From NCBI GenBank assembly GCA_902805495.1, contig CADCTH010000288.1, forward strand, positions 1 through 47,572: a stretch of DNA of 47,572 bases. Reading direction: 5' to 3'. Source of the DNA: an uncultured Actinomycetospora sp. (lineage in GTDB: Bacteria; Actinomycetota; Actinomycetes; Mycobacteriales; Pseudonocardiaceae). The first letter of the stretch is position 1; each line of letters begins with the position of its first letter. Below are positions 47,134 to 47,572 of this stretch, one piece after another. A program made the position numbers and the translations under genes. Below the pieces are notes generated by a model. It did not search any database. It was not told the DNA's origin and saw only the letters and a list, made by a program, of their open reading frames with translations.

Positions 47134-47572
47134 TCACGCCCGCACCAGCGTCACCCCGGCCTCGACGAGGGCGTCGAGGGCCGGTCCGTCCGGGGCGTCG
47201 GTGACCACCCCGCTCACGGCGTCGAGCGGGAGCACCGCGAACGGCGAGGCCGCGCCGATCTTCTCCGAGCTCGCGAGCACACAGGTGTCGCCCGCGTGGG
47301 CGGCTAGCGCGCGCTTCATCGCCGCCTCGTCGCGGTCGCCGGTGGTCAGCCCCGCCTCGGCGTGGACACCGGTGACGCCGAGGAGGAAGAGGTCGGCGCG
47401 CACGCCCGCGACGGCCTCCACGGCGGCGGCACCGCACGTGACCATGGAGTGCCGGAAGAGCCGGCCGCCGAGGATCTCGACCTCGACGCCGGGGTGGTCG
47501 GCGAGCGCCACCGCGATCGTCGGGCTGTGGGTAACGACGGTGGCGCGCAGGTCGCGGGGGAGCGCGCCGGCC
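47134..47572 (-). CDS. DeoR/GlpR-family regulator, C-terminal part (5' end outside the window)
   Basis: TVVTHSPTIA..L, LGG.L, ADLFLLG..G, G.T.....EA..KRA, SSEKIG, VVTD. Confidence 0.9.
   Translation of the reverse strand, partial: AGALPRDLRATVVTHSPTIAVALADHPGVEVEILGGRLFRHSMVTCGAAAVEAVAGVRADLFLLGVTGVHAEAGLTTGDRDEAAMKRALAAHAGDTCVLASSEKIGAASPFAVLPLDAVSGVVTDAPDGPALDALVEAGVTLVRA

Overview
Very GC-rich actinobacterial chromosomal segment (taxon inferred from composition and gene content only). 1-16.2 kb: a complete glycine-betaine catabolic island: glyA (partial), soxBDAG, a dimethylglycine oxidase/GcvT-family enzyme, a divergent cyclodeaminase-family protein, GntR, sdaA, IclR, a ProP-like MFS transporter, and a three-component Rieske oxygenase system. 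Its reductase carries an in-frame amber stop, and all three Rieske-system promoters share an identically spaced 38-bp operator. 16.2-29 kb: accessory genes (azlCD/Lrp, NADP oxidoreductase, FabH, cupin-EEP-ECF41 sigma-hydrolase operon, PP2C, aldo-keto reductase remnant, PTP, aquaporin, desaturase, two STAS proteins, frameshifted CDP-alcohol phosphatidyltransferase). 29-33.8 kb: rhodanese/formylglycine-generating enzyme/arylsulfatase/LysR module. 33.7-38.2 kb: four-gene oleABCD olefin cluster. 38.2-40.1 kb: structured intergenic region, RGCVC-like Cys/His microprotein, DUF5994-like gene, and an uncharacterised translationally coupled pair (55-aa peptide plus Cys/His-motif protein), the best candidate for an undescribed system. 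40.2-47.6 kb: methyltransferase-PLP decarboxylase-MFS, truncated haemoglobin, cold-shock protein, methyltransferase, MarR/AzoR, DeoR (partial). No rRNA, tRNA, CRISPR array or transposase was recognised. Several frameshift or nonsense lesions could be sequencing errors. All calls are from motif recognition by eye; no database searches were run.
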